Below, one piece after another: positions 12,423-24,419 of a stretch of 64,000 nt of DNA. Numbering within the stretch: the stretch's first letter is position 1; the number at the start of each line of letters is the position of its first letter. The stretch comes from Azolla caroliniana (taxonomy: Eukaryota; Plantae; Polypodiophyta): contig JBHGNT010000001.1 of NCBI GenBank assembly GCA_043228905.1, forward strand, positions 17,546,001 through 17,610,000, given 5' to 3'. The notes below the pieces were generated by a model. That model saw nothing but the letters and a program-made list of their open reading frames with translations, was not told the DNA's origin and did not search any database. A program made the translations under genes and the position numbers.

Positions 12423-12779
12423 CTTCTCAATCACTTGTCAACATCGTCATGATCTCTCTCGCCATCATACTATCCATCGTCATCACACCCACCATGTCTA
12501 ATTTTATCATCAATCGTCATGATTATCATAAATGTTAACCCTAACCCTAAAACCTACAATAGCATTCCGTGTCGATTTTCGACTATCAGTTTCCGGCTCT
12601 GACTTGACTCCCCCTGCTTATGGAGGAGGGTCCAGAACTGCTGTCAACACCGCCTTAGTGCCCTCGATTCTAATCTTGCCGGCCGCCTCCATTGCATGCC
12701 GACCCACCTCATCCTCCATTGTTTAGCCCTTGGATAGCACCACGACCAGTCGTGAAGAAGAGCGCATCAACAAGGACAT

Positions 12780-13316
12780 AGTATGGCTAAAGGACCTACA
12801 TAGAGGGAATGACAAGAGGAAAGAGGGCTAAAGGACATCGAAATGTGAAAGGTCCATACCCTAAATGTAAATGCTATATAAACCAGATGGTGGTGGCTTT
12901 GTGGGGGTTCTCCCATTTGTAAAGATCTCCTAAGTGATTAAGAGCTAGAAGCTTCCTCTCCTCTTTCTTGTAACCTGTAAGCTTAAGAGAGATTAGTGAA
13001 GTGTTTAGTTAGAGAACATTAATCTCTCTTCCTTGTTGGTGCTAGACCTCTTAGCAAAGAGGGTTAATAAATATATTCATTAATCGTGTTGTCTACATTC
13101 ATTACCCCATTGTTTATGAGAGCGAGCTTGAGAGAGTGAGAGAGATATTGTGCCTAATCATCTATTAGTTGTTGAGTGTGAGGCTCGGAGGTGCTTGACA
13201 ACCATCTCCACCCGATTCGCCATCAAGAGGGTATACGCTGGTCTGAATCTCGCCACGACATTGAGGAGCTTACTCCATCGATACATAGATCCTTCACATC
13301 TATTTGGCACCGCTGC
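12780..13316 (+). mobile_element. Gypsy-type LTR fragment followed by a tRNA-Asp-like PBS
   Basis: TATA ctatataaa at 12875, LTR-like end ...ttcaca near 13298, then tggcaccgctgcc (compare TGGCGCCGTTGCC). Confidence 0.55.
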
Positions 13317-13754
13317 CAAGGATACGACCGATGCTTGAAGCCTATTTCGAGTAGTCAAAAACTCGTAGGCAACCCACTTAACGAAGGAAGAAATTGAAAA
13401 GGGAACCACTATTTTCTGTTTTTTCTCACATAGTTTAATTAAGTTGATTTTCTATTTTTTCTCACTAATTCATAGTTCAATTAAGTTGATTTTCTGTTTT
13501 TTCTCACTAATTCATAGTTTAATTAAGTTAATTTTTTGTTTTTAAAAGAAGTTTTGAACTACCCCCTCTTAATTGCCCGGACATCAACAAGCTATTCGTT
13601 CGGTTAACACTAAACATTGTGGAGATTAAGCCGTTACAGGGAAAGCATAACCACCGCAATTCTCGCGGATTACGATCATCCCATGGGACACGAAACGACC
13701 ATTGGCGCCAAAATATTCAAAGTTCGTCGAAAGAACAGAGTTCGATAAGAGAAG

Positions 13755-13915
13755 CATCCTTCGACGAAGGTTCATCATTCGACGAAGGTTCACATCATTC
13801 GATGAAGGTTCATCATTCGACGAAGGTTCACTTCATTCGATGAAGGTTCATCATTTGACGAAGGTTCACCATTTGACGAACCCTCATCATTCGACGATAG
13901 GTTCAAAGTTCAACG
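13755..13915. repeat. About 18-bp minisatellite (ttcgacgaaggttcatca)n
   Basis: About 8 degenerate tandem copies upstream of a gag-like ORF. Confidence 0.9.
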
Positions 13916-13965
13916 AACCTACAAAAGCTTGACAAGAAAACATTCCCGGATCCTCATGGACAGAG

Positions 13966-16150
13966 ATGTTCAAAACCCGACCCACACGCCAGGAAGAGTC
14001 CACCCAAACCAACCAAACGCACGGTGCTGACCCATCTAACCCAACTCAATACCACAGAGGGTGGTCAACTCCGGGGACACTACCAAACATGAACCTCCCA
14101 TTGAGCCCAGCAACTAAATCACCTCTCACCATGCCCCCACTACAAGAGAGCCCAATGGCAGACCCACTCAACGTAGAGCGACACATACGGGATGCCGCAC
14201 AAGAGTTACAGGTGATAGAACAAGAAATCAATATCTGGACGGTACAACTCGCGAAAGGAGGACAACCGGAAAGCATCACCCGAGATATCAAAGCTGCTTT
14301 GGCAAAAAGGAAAGACAGATTCGCATGAGTGCAACAGAAACTTCACCTCCTAGAAGCATCATCACATACGCATCGTCGAGGCCGTGAGCGCAGCCCCGCG
14401 CTGCATTCGAGCACAACGGGCGACAGTCCAAACGAAGCCCACACGCAATGACACCCGACACCACCACATATGGACACGACCCCAACTCCTGACCAAACTG
14501 CCTCGACATCCCCAAACGCCGAACTCGCACTAGCGTTACAATCCATCCAAAGTCTCGTGGCATTGATGGAAAAAGAGCGAGCACCCACAGACCATTCGAG
14601 AAACCCTACAAATGACAGCGGGAAGAGTGCTTCCATTTTTAAACTAGTACCCCGTTTTCTCGATTTCGGTGACGCCTATGATCACGTCAAGAGGTTCAAA
14701 CAGATCTGTCGCGCTTATGAACCCCTCACAGAGATCACCAAGGTAGCCGCATTTGGGCTTACACTTGATGACCAGGCCGGAATTTGGTTTCGAACCTTGA
14801 ATGAAGACATCGTCGCGGATTTCGAGTATGTCATCAAAGATTTCTTGATAAACTTCACTCGTCAAGGGAATAAATGGAACCCGATTGACCAACTTTTCAC
14901 CCTCAAGCAAGAAGCGAACAAAACGGTCAGGGACTACATACGTCGCACGAAAAGCCTGCACCATCGTTGTAGTCCGAGCAACAAGATGTCGGACAACAAA
15001 TTGATGAGCCGCTTCATCAATGGGTTGTTCGATTCGACGCTCCAAAACTTCCTGATTGCCACGATGTGTTGGTCATTTGCTGAAGCTTGCACGGTAGTGA
15101 TGACCTTCGAGGATTCAATGAGCGGGTTATAGATACCCACTCAAGCGCCTACAAACAACCGTGAGAAGCCCTCAGATCCCACTCTAACCATGCCACCGAG
15201 ACCACCCCGTATAGAAAGACCCCAAGCATACGCCCAAAGAGAAAATGTAAGGTGTATAGTATGCCATGGCCATCACATAGGGCACGAGTGTCCCCTCCTC
15301 CACCAACGACGGCCGCAATACTGTAGGTGGTACAAAGCTTTCGTGATGCATTCTCAAGAGAACTGTTGGCAAGCCCCAAACGGATCACCTCCATCGTTTA
15401 GCCACCCACAACTACCAGCAATACTACCCCAACAACCCCCACTACCGCGTATCGGCACTCACCTCGCCGAACTAGAATATACCACCGATAACCAAACTCG
15501 GGTTGGGGGGGGGAGGGGGGGGGGGGGGGGGGGGGGGGCACCCCCGAATATGAAGCATACCAGGGGTATGGTGTTGAAGAAGAGGTGCTCTCCCACTTTG
15601 TCGACTTCGAAGGCGACCAAATACCAGTCTACGTCTTGAGAGGAGAGCAACAGGGGCCGTCGACGGGATATCGCAACAATAGTGGTCTAAGGAGGCCAGA
15701 ATTGAAAGGTTTCAATTGCCAAGGCCCACACATGGTTAGCGAGTGCCCAACCAAACATGAATACTACAACCAGATGGCACGACGACCACGACACCCCTCA
15801 CTCAAAACACCCCCACAACCACCAGTGCCAAGTCTCACCCAACAGTCACATGACCTTATCGAGTGGTTCCAAAGAGAAGCATCGTGTACCTAATTGCCCA
15901 GAAAAAAAGGAAAAGTATTGGCGCAAATCTATTATTTATCGTACCATCAACGGTTGGCGCCAACGTCATCACACAAGCTCAAAGAGTAGCTCATAACTTA
16001 AAGTGTCACGACCAAGGCCTCCCCACGACTACGTGTAAGAGACGAAAATCCAAAAAAAATGCATCCACGCAAGCCTCAAAGCAAGAACAAGAACAAGAAC
16101 CGGAGGGAGATGTAGAAACAATACCCGTCAACCTTAACCAAGAGCGGCCG
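13966..16150 (+). pseudogene. Gypsy-type gag pseudogene (retrotrans_gag plus degenerate Zn knuckles), truncated
   Basis: AYDHVKRFKQIC...LDDQAGIWF...LKQEANKTVRDYIRR...RFINGL; knuckles CIVCHGHHIGHEC and FNCQGPHMVSEC; poly-G run 15505-15538. Confidence 0.72.
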
Positions 16151-16159
16151 GCACACCTA

Positions 16160-19100
16160 ATTATGCGTTTTTTCCCCTTTTTTTCTTTTCTCTTGCTTTT
16201 TCTACTTTTGGAAAACGCCTCTAACTTCATATCCCTTCAATTTCATTATTCTTTTAACTCTTGAACCTTTCACATTGTGCTTTATTCTTATAAACCTTAG
16301 CATTCGATGTATTTGCCATGGTCTTTTCTTATAGCACAAATTGACTTCACATTTAGCCCCCCTCCTTGCTTGTTGAGCGAACCATTTATGGTGAGCCTAA
16401 AATGAAAATGCAAAAAACTCCTTCGCCTTATGGTAGGCTATAGACAAAGAAGGAGTATACATACTAAAAATGTAACAAATTATTGTGTGAGAAAAAACCT
16501 ACGTTAAGCAATGGGAAAAATACTCACACTCCTACAAAAACAAAAATTTAAAACATGGCAACGATATTATAATCTCTCCTATTGCCAAATATAGGAGGAT
16601 CATGAATTAGTTGGGGAATATGCTTGGGGACAAATCCACTTCTTGTTCCCCATGATCATTTTCTTGAATGTCCTTATCCATTATAGAAATGTAGGTGTGT
16701 CCCTGATTCACGTACTTCTTTAGGCGTCATCCATTCACACGTAGTTCATGAAGAGTCCCATCCATGTTCTTGAGTTAATAACTTCCATTGTCAAAGCAAT
16801 CGTGCACCACAAAAGGTCCTTCCCAACGATTTATCACCTTTTGTCCTTTTATATTGTCAAAACGATTGTCGTAGCGAAGGACAAGAGATCCTTTTGAAAA
16901 AGTATCTTTTCTTGACCTTTTATCATAATACTTCTTCCTCCTCCAAGCCTATTGTATATAATGCTCTACTGGTTCCTCCCTTGAATATTGTAGAATATGG
17001 TTTTGTGACAACCTATCCATCATGAAACATTCTTCATCACGTAGAGATGCTCTTAAGAGTCCATTTATTCTAACTTGAAGTTCGATCGGAAATAAAGCTT
17101 CTTATCCATACAATAAGAAGAAAGGTGTAAAACCTGTGGATGACTTATATGATATACGATAGGCCCATAGAGCATAATCAAGGAACTCATCCCATGTTCT
17201 TATTCTATTTGTTACAAGTTTTTGAAGATTTTTAACCAAAATACCATTTACCTTTTCGACTGCTCCATTAGCTTGAGGATAATAAGGAGTAGAATACCTA
17301 TGTTTAATCTTTAACCTTTCTAATAAGCAAGCCAACACTTCACCACGAAAACTTGGACCGTGATCAGATACAATCTCTAGCGGTACACCGAATCTTGTAC
17401 AAATATTACAGTAGATGAATTGGGCCACATCCCTTGCTTTAATCGAGGATGTTGTTATTGCTTCTACCCACTTAGTCATGTAATCAGTAGCTACCAATAT
17501 GAATTCTTTACCGCTTTGGGTTCTTGGAAGGGCACCCACTGCATCAATTCCCCATTTTTCCAAGGGAGCAAAACCCACAATAGGATGCAAGGGGCTTGCT
17601 TGAAGATGTCTTCTTCCTGCCTTTTGACAAGCATCACACGACTTGCACCATTCATGAATATCTTTGTGAATAGAAGGCCATGTAAAACCTATTAATAAAA
17701 AATTTCTCAACCTGATATCATGAGAAAAATGTCCTCCACAAGCCTCCTCATGCATCTTTTGTAAGATCTCCACAATTTCCTCCTTAATAGGCACTCGTCG
17801 TAAAACACCATCTTTGCCTTTATGATATAAGTGCTTATCCACCATCATAAATTGGTATGCTCTCACTACCAATCGTTTTCTTTGTGTAGAATTTAAACCT
17901 TTAGGAAAATCACCACCATCAAGAAACTCACATACCTCCATAAGAGATGTCGCATCTTTACACTATTCCAAAACGCATATCGTCTCAAGTTTCAATATCT
18001 TTAGTTGACCTTGAGCAAGTGCATCAGCCTCTTTATTGTCCAAACAACTTACATGTTTTAGTTGAACTTTATGAAAACACTTAATTAAAGTTAGTGCCTC
18101 CTTAAAAAACGTACGTAAACCATCACTTTGACATTTCCACACTCCTTGAATTTGTTTGATAACCAAAAGGGAATCACCTTTTACGATCAATCTTCTAATA
18201 TCTCTCACCTTACAAATTCGAAGGCCATAGCACAAAGTGGCATACTTTGCTTCATTGTTGGTATTGGCATTGGATAAAATAATACCCTCTGTGTGCACGG
18301 TCTCTCCATTAGGGTCTCTAATAATGAGGCCCCCAACCGCCGAATGCGTCACCTTACGAAATGCTCCATCAAAAAATAACATAAAAGCATCCTCCATATC
18401 TAGTTCAGGAAGAGCTTCTCTTATCTTTATCAATTCCTCCTCACGAAGGTTTTCTCTAAAAGTGAGAAGATCCTCCAACTCCGCACACATGGTAGTCTCA
18501 AGCTTAACCTCAAAATCATATTCAACTAATTGGAGAGCCCATTTCATAATCCTAGCTGACAGACTAACATGTTGGAGAATATATGGTAGTAAGGGCATAC
18601 TAGTGATGATTACAAAGTGTTGGGAAATTAGAAAACTCCTAAAATTTTTGCATGCATAAAGTAGGGTTAACATCCACTTCTCTATGCATAAGTTTATTAT
18701 GAGGATCTTGTTGCATAAGAATAGCACCAATAGCATGGGAACTAACACTAAGAGAGAGGAAGAAAGTGGAACTACTATTTGGAGGCTTGAGGATAGGAGC
18801 TTTCATAATAGATCTCTTATTGTATTAAATTTTTCTTCTAGAAAAGGACTCCACACAAAGACATTGGTGCGTAGGATGACTCTAAACGGATAAAGTACTT
18901 GGGCTAGCATATGGATGAACCTCTCAAAATAACACACCTTTTGTACAAATGTTTCCAATGACTTAATATCGTTTGGGTAAGGTAGATCTTCTAGTGCCTT
19001 AATCTTTGATGGATCCACCTTGATTCCTTGAAGAGATACCACATGCCCAAGCATCACCACCTCTTTCTCACCAATGCGACACTTGTCAGGGTTGAGTTGT

Positions 19101-22100
19101 CCTTTGCACTCATCGAGTTGTTTGAAAGCTGCCCGCACCTTCTCTAGATGATCAATCTTTTTGCTATATATAGCAAAATCATTGATAAACACCCTTACAA
19201 ACTTTCCCAAAAAAGGTTGAAATACATGAATAGCCAAATGATTAAAAGTAAAGACAACATTAGTTAATCCAAAGGGCATACACCTATATGCAAAACAACC
19301 CCAAGGAGTAATAAATGTTGTTTTTCTTTGGTCTTCTTCGACGATTCTTATTTGAAAATAACCAGAGTAACCATCACAAATGGTGTATAGCTCGTGCCCA
19401 GCAATCTCATCCAAAATCTCATCTTGGAAAGGAAGTGGACAATGATCTCGTTTGGTAGAAGCATTCAAGGGTTTGAAGTCGACGCATACCCGCCACTTGC
19501 CATTCTTTTTCGGAACCACAACAACTAGTGACACCCACTCAGAATCCTCCACGGGGTGAATGAAACCCGCTCTCAACAATGCATTGACTTCTTTTAAAAG
19601 AATTTCCTTTTTTACCATACCTAATCAGCGAAGCTTTTGAGCAACCAGTACACTTCCTTTAAATTGATGTGATGCTTGATGACGTCTAGTCCTCTTATCT
19701 GCGAATAGTCATTTTTGAATCATTTTGGAAACTCAAAAATAAGAGAAATAAACCTTTGACGTTCTTCTCCTTGGATGTCTTTGGAAATCATCTTCTCTTT
19801 CTCCTCCAAGGTGATAATGCTTTCTTATTCAATGCCTTCTCCTTCGTCCTTAGACACCACATAGGATGTATTTTCCTCTCAATCCAACGAGGATTCATCA
19901 CTTGATAAAATTTCCCTTTCTCGCTCGCTATTGTAGGAAGACGATTCTTTCTCCTTTTCACCTTTAATTACTCGTTGTAGATGCATGTCGTAAAAGATGT
20001 TGAACCCCTTCGATGGTGATAAGGTCATGATGCCATTACTCCAATCCTGGATTACATTTAACTCTTGCATCCAAGGTCTTCCTAATACTAAGGAATAAGA
20101 TGGCCCTTTCAGAGGTATGACATGAAAATCCATGGAAATAGATATACCAAAACATTCAATCACCACATCCTCTATAATTCCCAAACAAGGAACCAAACCC
20201 CCCCTCATATATAAGGCTTATTCTAGCACCACTATCTACCAAGTCATCCTTAATTAAAAAATCTTTGATGGTTACCTGGATAGTTGGTCGAATATCCTTT
20301 CAATCTTTTACATGCACAACTCTTGCATAATGTAATGTCCTTACGCTCTTTCGTATGCTCAATAGGCATCCCCACTCCTTGCGTAGTGATGGGGAAAGTT
20401 GGAGAAGTTGTGGCCAAGTGATGCGCGGTCCACTAGAGATTAGCTCTTGCTTGAGATCGAACGGTTCCACACCTTTCCCCATCGGCATATCATCAATTTC
20501 AATCTTTCTTCGCGAATGTTTCTTTCTAGGTTCATCCTCCAAGTTGGTCTCCTTAGTCTTCTTCTTTTGTCGAGAGTTACTAGTCTCTCCTTCCACTACT
20601 ATATTTTTTTGTGATTCCCTAGTTCTCTTTGTGGGTGCAACATCACATTCTTCATTTGTATCATACATAAAGTCAAGAAAATTTACATTAGGGGGAATTG
20701 TTGGAATTTGAGTTGTGATGTTTTCCCCTCCTGCCACTTGCGTTTTGAGATGGTTAATATTATTGTTTTGATTTCCTTGTAGTTGGTGCATGCCTCGACC
20801 CCAACCACCTTGTCGTCGTGAAGGGCATCGTGTTGATATGCGCCCCTCGACACCACACGTGTAGCACACAACCACTCTTCTTTCCCTTGGAGCATCTCGA
20901 GTTTGACTTGCATTAAAATTCGCTTGCATTTGTTGGATTTGTCAAGTAACTTCATCCAAACACCGACTTAATTGCTCAAAGAAATCCCCCTCTAATTTAG
21001 GTGGAATAGTTTCTTGCAATACGGAGGTATTAGTTTGATATGTTGTTGGAGATGTCATAAAAACATTAGGAAAAACTTGCCCACCATGCAATATTGATGA
21101 TTGATTAAGAATAGGGGATGCAATTAGATTACCGGTCGAATTGTCTCTTGCTTGTAGAACCATGATTTGTCTATTGTAAGCTTGACAAGTTTGCATGAGC
21201 ACTTGGAAAGTCGTAGGATTCTTTAGATTTGCTTCCAACGCAAAGTACGGACTTAATCCTGCTTTAAAGCGGTCCATCTTAAACCATTCATCCTCTGAAC
21301 CCCCACGTAACCGAATCCATGTAGTCCAAAGGTCAATGAACTCTCTCTCGTAATCGTTATACTCCATTGTTGAGGACATCCGCAAACGAAAGAGCTCCTC
21401 CCACACTTCCGTTGTATTACGACGTCTAATATACTTTGCTTTAAATTGTTGCACCAACAGTTGGTAATTAACTTGTTGGTTAGTTGGCAAGGACTCATAC
21501 CAATCCCTTGCTCGTCCATAAAATGTTGCCACCAATAGAGGAAGCTTCTCCAAATCTGTCATCTTCCCTATTGATACCGCATGATGTTCGAAGGCGGCCA
21601 AGAATGCTCCCGCATCTTGGACCCCATCTCCTGCAAAAGCAAATTGAAAAGCCATATCGGCTAAAAATAAGACCTTCTAACAATATGGACAGAATTTTCC
21701 TTCCCTCCGATACGGAAAGAATCTACCCTCCCTGGAGCGCCAAAATGATGAGGAGAGAGAGAAAAATGATAGAGAAGAGAAGAGGAAGAGAAAAGAATAC
21801 TTGAATATATTATTAAGAAAGGAATCCAATCTTCTTATACTCCAAGAGTAACAACCCCAAATAACTACTTCAATATACTATTACTAAAATAGTTTCTCCG
21901 TCTTCTCTCTTTCTTTTACTAATTCTCTTCTCACTTCTTCTAATCTTCTTCTTCTTCCTCACTTCTTCTTGTAGATCTTCTATTCTTCTTTTTTCCTCAA
22001 TAGCTAAGAATACCCTCATATTTATAGGTTTTTAGTTGCATTATTCTAAGACTTGCTTTTTTCTTTTCTTTTCTTTTACATATCCTCGAGTTTGTGTGGT

Positions 22101-22225
22101 GCTTTTTTCATATCATTATTTCTGGTTTGCCATCCAAATTTATCACACAAGAAAGCTCTCTTTGTTAGCTTTCTTAGGAATACTTTGTTTTGAAATTTGG
22201 ATAAGAGATGAAGAAATTATGAGCT
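16160..22225 (-). mobile_element. Tat-type Ty3/Gypsy element (gag-PR-RT-RH-aRH-INT), decayed, with truncated LTRs
   Basis: PBS TGGCGCTCCAGGGAGGG 21742-21726 next to LTR start 21746. gag 21655-20300, PR (LGRPWM), RT (VCVDFKPLN, FINDF), extra RNase H (FDGAF...TNNEAKY...GDSLLV...ADALA), INT (HEEACGGH...SCDACQ, SDHGPSF, PQANGAVE). PPT at 16352-16369 abuts the 3' LTR start at 16351. Confidence 0.9.
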
Positions 22226-22229
22226 TGAT

Positions 22230-22305
22230 TTCTCCGATCTGACTCTCCGATCCGGCTCTTGTTTATTCAACTGATCCAGATCCGGTTGAGCCTATCTGCT
22301 TAACA
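22230..22305 (-). repeat. Terminal fragment of a Copia C-like LTR
   Basis: ctctccgatccggctc...gatccggttgagc...taaca matches 8172-8283. Confidence 0.75.
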
Positions 22306-22969
22306 GAATACATATGGTGCAGATTAGGTTGCCTGATTGAGTTAGTAAGTGATCAGGGTACTCACTTTGTTAATAGAATTATTCATGAATTGTTGAATTA
22401 TTATGCAGTCGTGCATAAGAGGAGTACACAATACTACCCACAAGCTTACGGGTTAGCCGAATCAACAAATAAAACACTACAAATGATACTAAGGAAGATT
22501 GTCACCGAAAATCGCACCGACTAGGATCAAAAGGTGCATAGTGTTTTATGGTCCTACCGCACCACATACAAAAGTAGTTTTGTCTTGTTGGAGGTTGGGA
22601 AGGTCAAAATTCAATGTGAAATGGATGGCCTTTGGCATGAATTCGAGGCCTCGACCATGAAGAGAAGGGCATTCAAATTAGAGGCAGTCATGCCAATTGA
22701 ATTTCAGATTCCAACACTACGGGTGTAGGTCACCGAACGACTCGACGAGGAGCAGTCAGAACGAATTCGAAAGGAACAACTGTTGTTGTTGGAGGAGAGT
22801 CAGCTACAAGCACTCAGTCAATTAGAGTAGAAGCAAAGAAGAACTAGGGCATTTGTCGATTGACACCGACATAATAAGGAGAAGTTGTTCGAGGTCGACA
22901 AGCCGTTCTTAGTTTTTCAAACAAAAATGGGGGTTATGCTAGGAAAGTTGAGATTCTGATGGACTAGAC
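22306..22969 (+). pseudogene. Gypsy integrase fragment, left part, interrupted by the hAT-type element
   Basis: EYIWCRLGCLIELVSDQGTHF...YYPQAYGLAE...WSYRTTYK...EAVMPIEF...GKLRF*WT. Confidence 0.85.
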
Positions 22970-23656
22970 CAAGGTTGTTAGGTATGTTAGGTACGGTAAG
23001 GATATCATACGTATATAACGTATTAATACGCGTATAGTACCTCCCAATTTAAAAATATGTTAAATATGTTTTCTTAATATGTTAAATACTTATCAAATAC
23101 GTAAGATACGTAAAATGTGTATTTTACGTATAGTACATTAAATACTTCTAGAATTTGAAAATTATTTACCTTTCTAAAAAAAATCTATAATATTGTAAAA
23201 AACATCTATTTTTACACAATTTTGTGATGTATAGTATAGTTCTACATCCTAAAATGCATATAAGACATTTAAATATTTCACATCCTAAAATACTTGTAGT
23301 AATATGAATGTCGATATTCCCTTATTCTATAAATTAGTGTAAGTGTGTATCACGATGTTCTACTTCAAATTGTAATTATTTACAATTATGCCTTCATAGA
23401 TTGAGGAATCGTCTATGATTATCACACTCATGATAGGTTTCTCTTTTCTTCGTCCTCTTCTTCTATCTTCTGCAATTATTACACTAAGAGTCAAGACAAG
23501 TTTATGTCTTCTTTTCTCTCTTCTTCTTCATCTTCTTCATCATCGTCTCTTCTATTCTTCTTTCTTCCTTCCTTTGGCTTCTTTTTCACTAAAATCTTTT
23601 TTTCTTTTGCTTTTTGTTGGGGTTTTACTTACATTTTCTTTATAAATAAGTATTAT

Positions 23657-23689
23657 AACACCGGGTCATTTGAAACAGGTAATATGTCG
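23657..23689 (+). repeat. Left TIR
   Basis: Exact reverse complement of 31348-31380. Confidence 0.95.
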
Positions 23690-24419
23690 TATTCTCTTTT
23701 GGCATAGTTGGCCAGATGTAGAAAAGTACCCTATTTTAGCCTGATATCGAAAATATATAATGCATGCGTACCCCTTTTGCGACTTGATGGTTAAATATAG
23801 AACAAAAAAAACCTAGCAATTACTAAATTGTATATGTGTCCACATTCGTGTCAATTTGCATATCATGGAGCACAATTGAAGACTTGGTTCAATATAAAGT
23901 TCTAAAATTGGTATCCATATTCAAATTGTAGAGTAAAACTACATAAACCGTAATTATAAATATGTGGTTTTGGGTTTAGGAATAAAGTAGTACCCCACTT
24001 GTTGGACGGGTATATCGATAGTTTCATTGTATAATGTCATATAGTTCATGACAATGTAATTGGTAAGAGTAACAATTACGTACGACATTCATTTATACTA
24101 TGTGGAACCAGTAGACTTGAACTGTAGGTAACTAAAAACCTCTTATTATCAAAAACATTCGCCTTTTCATATACAGTCATGCTAACGGAAATGAGAAATT
24201 ACAATATCATGTTAATATCTCAAACTGAAGAAGAGCATGGTGACCAATTATATGTAAATACAAACAACTGTTCCAATAATGATTAAAAAGGGAAATTATG
24301 AACAGGTGAATTTAATTAAACGATAAACAATTATAGATGTTCTCATATACAAATATAATATGAAGTGATGGTGAACATTATGCCTCAAAATCCTCAATTT
24401 TTACATTACGCCATCTACA

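Noticed and set aside
7889-22305. One intact Copia element bounded by these LTR ends
   Set aside because: The flanks (tagtt / gaata) are not a TSD, the flanking Gypsy lacks its middle, and the gag start and PBS are missing.
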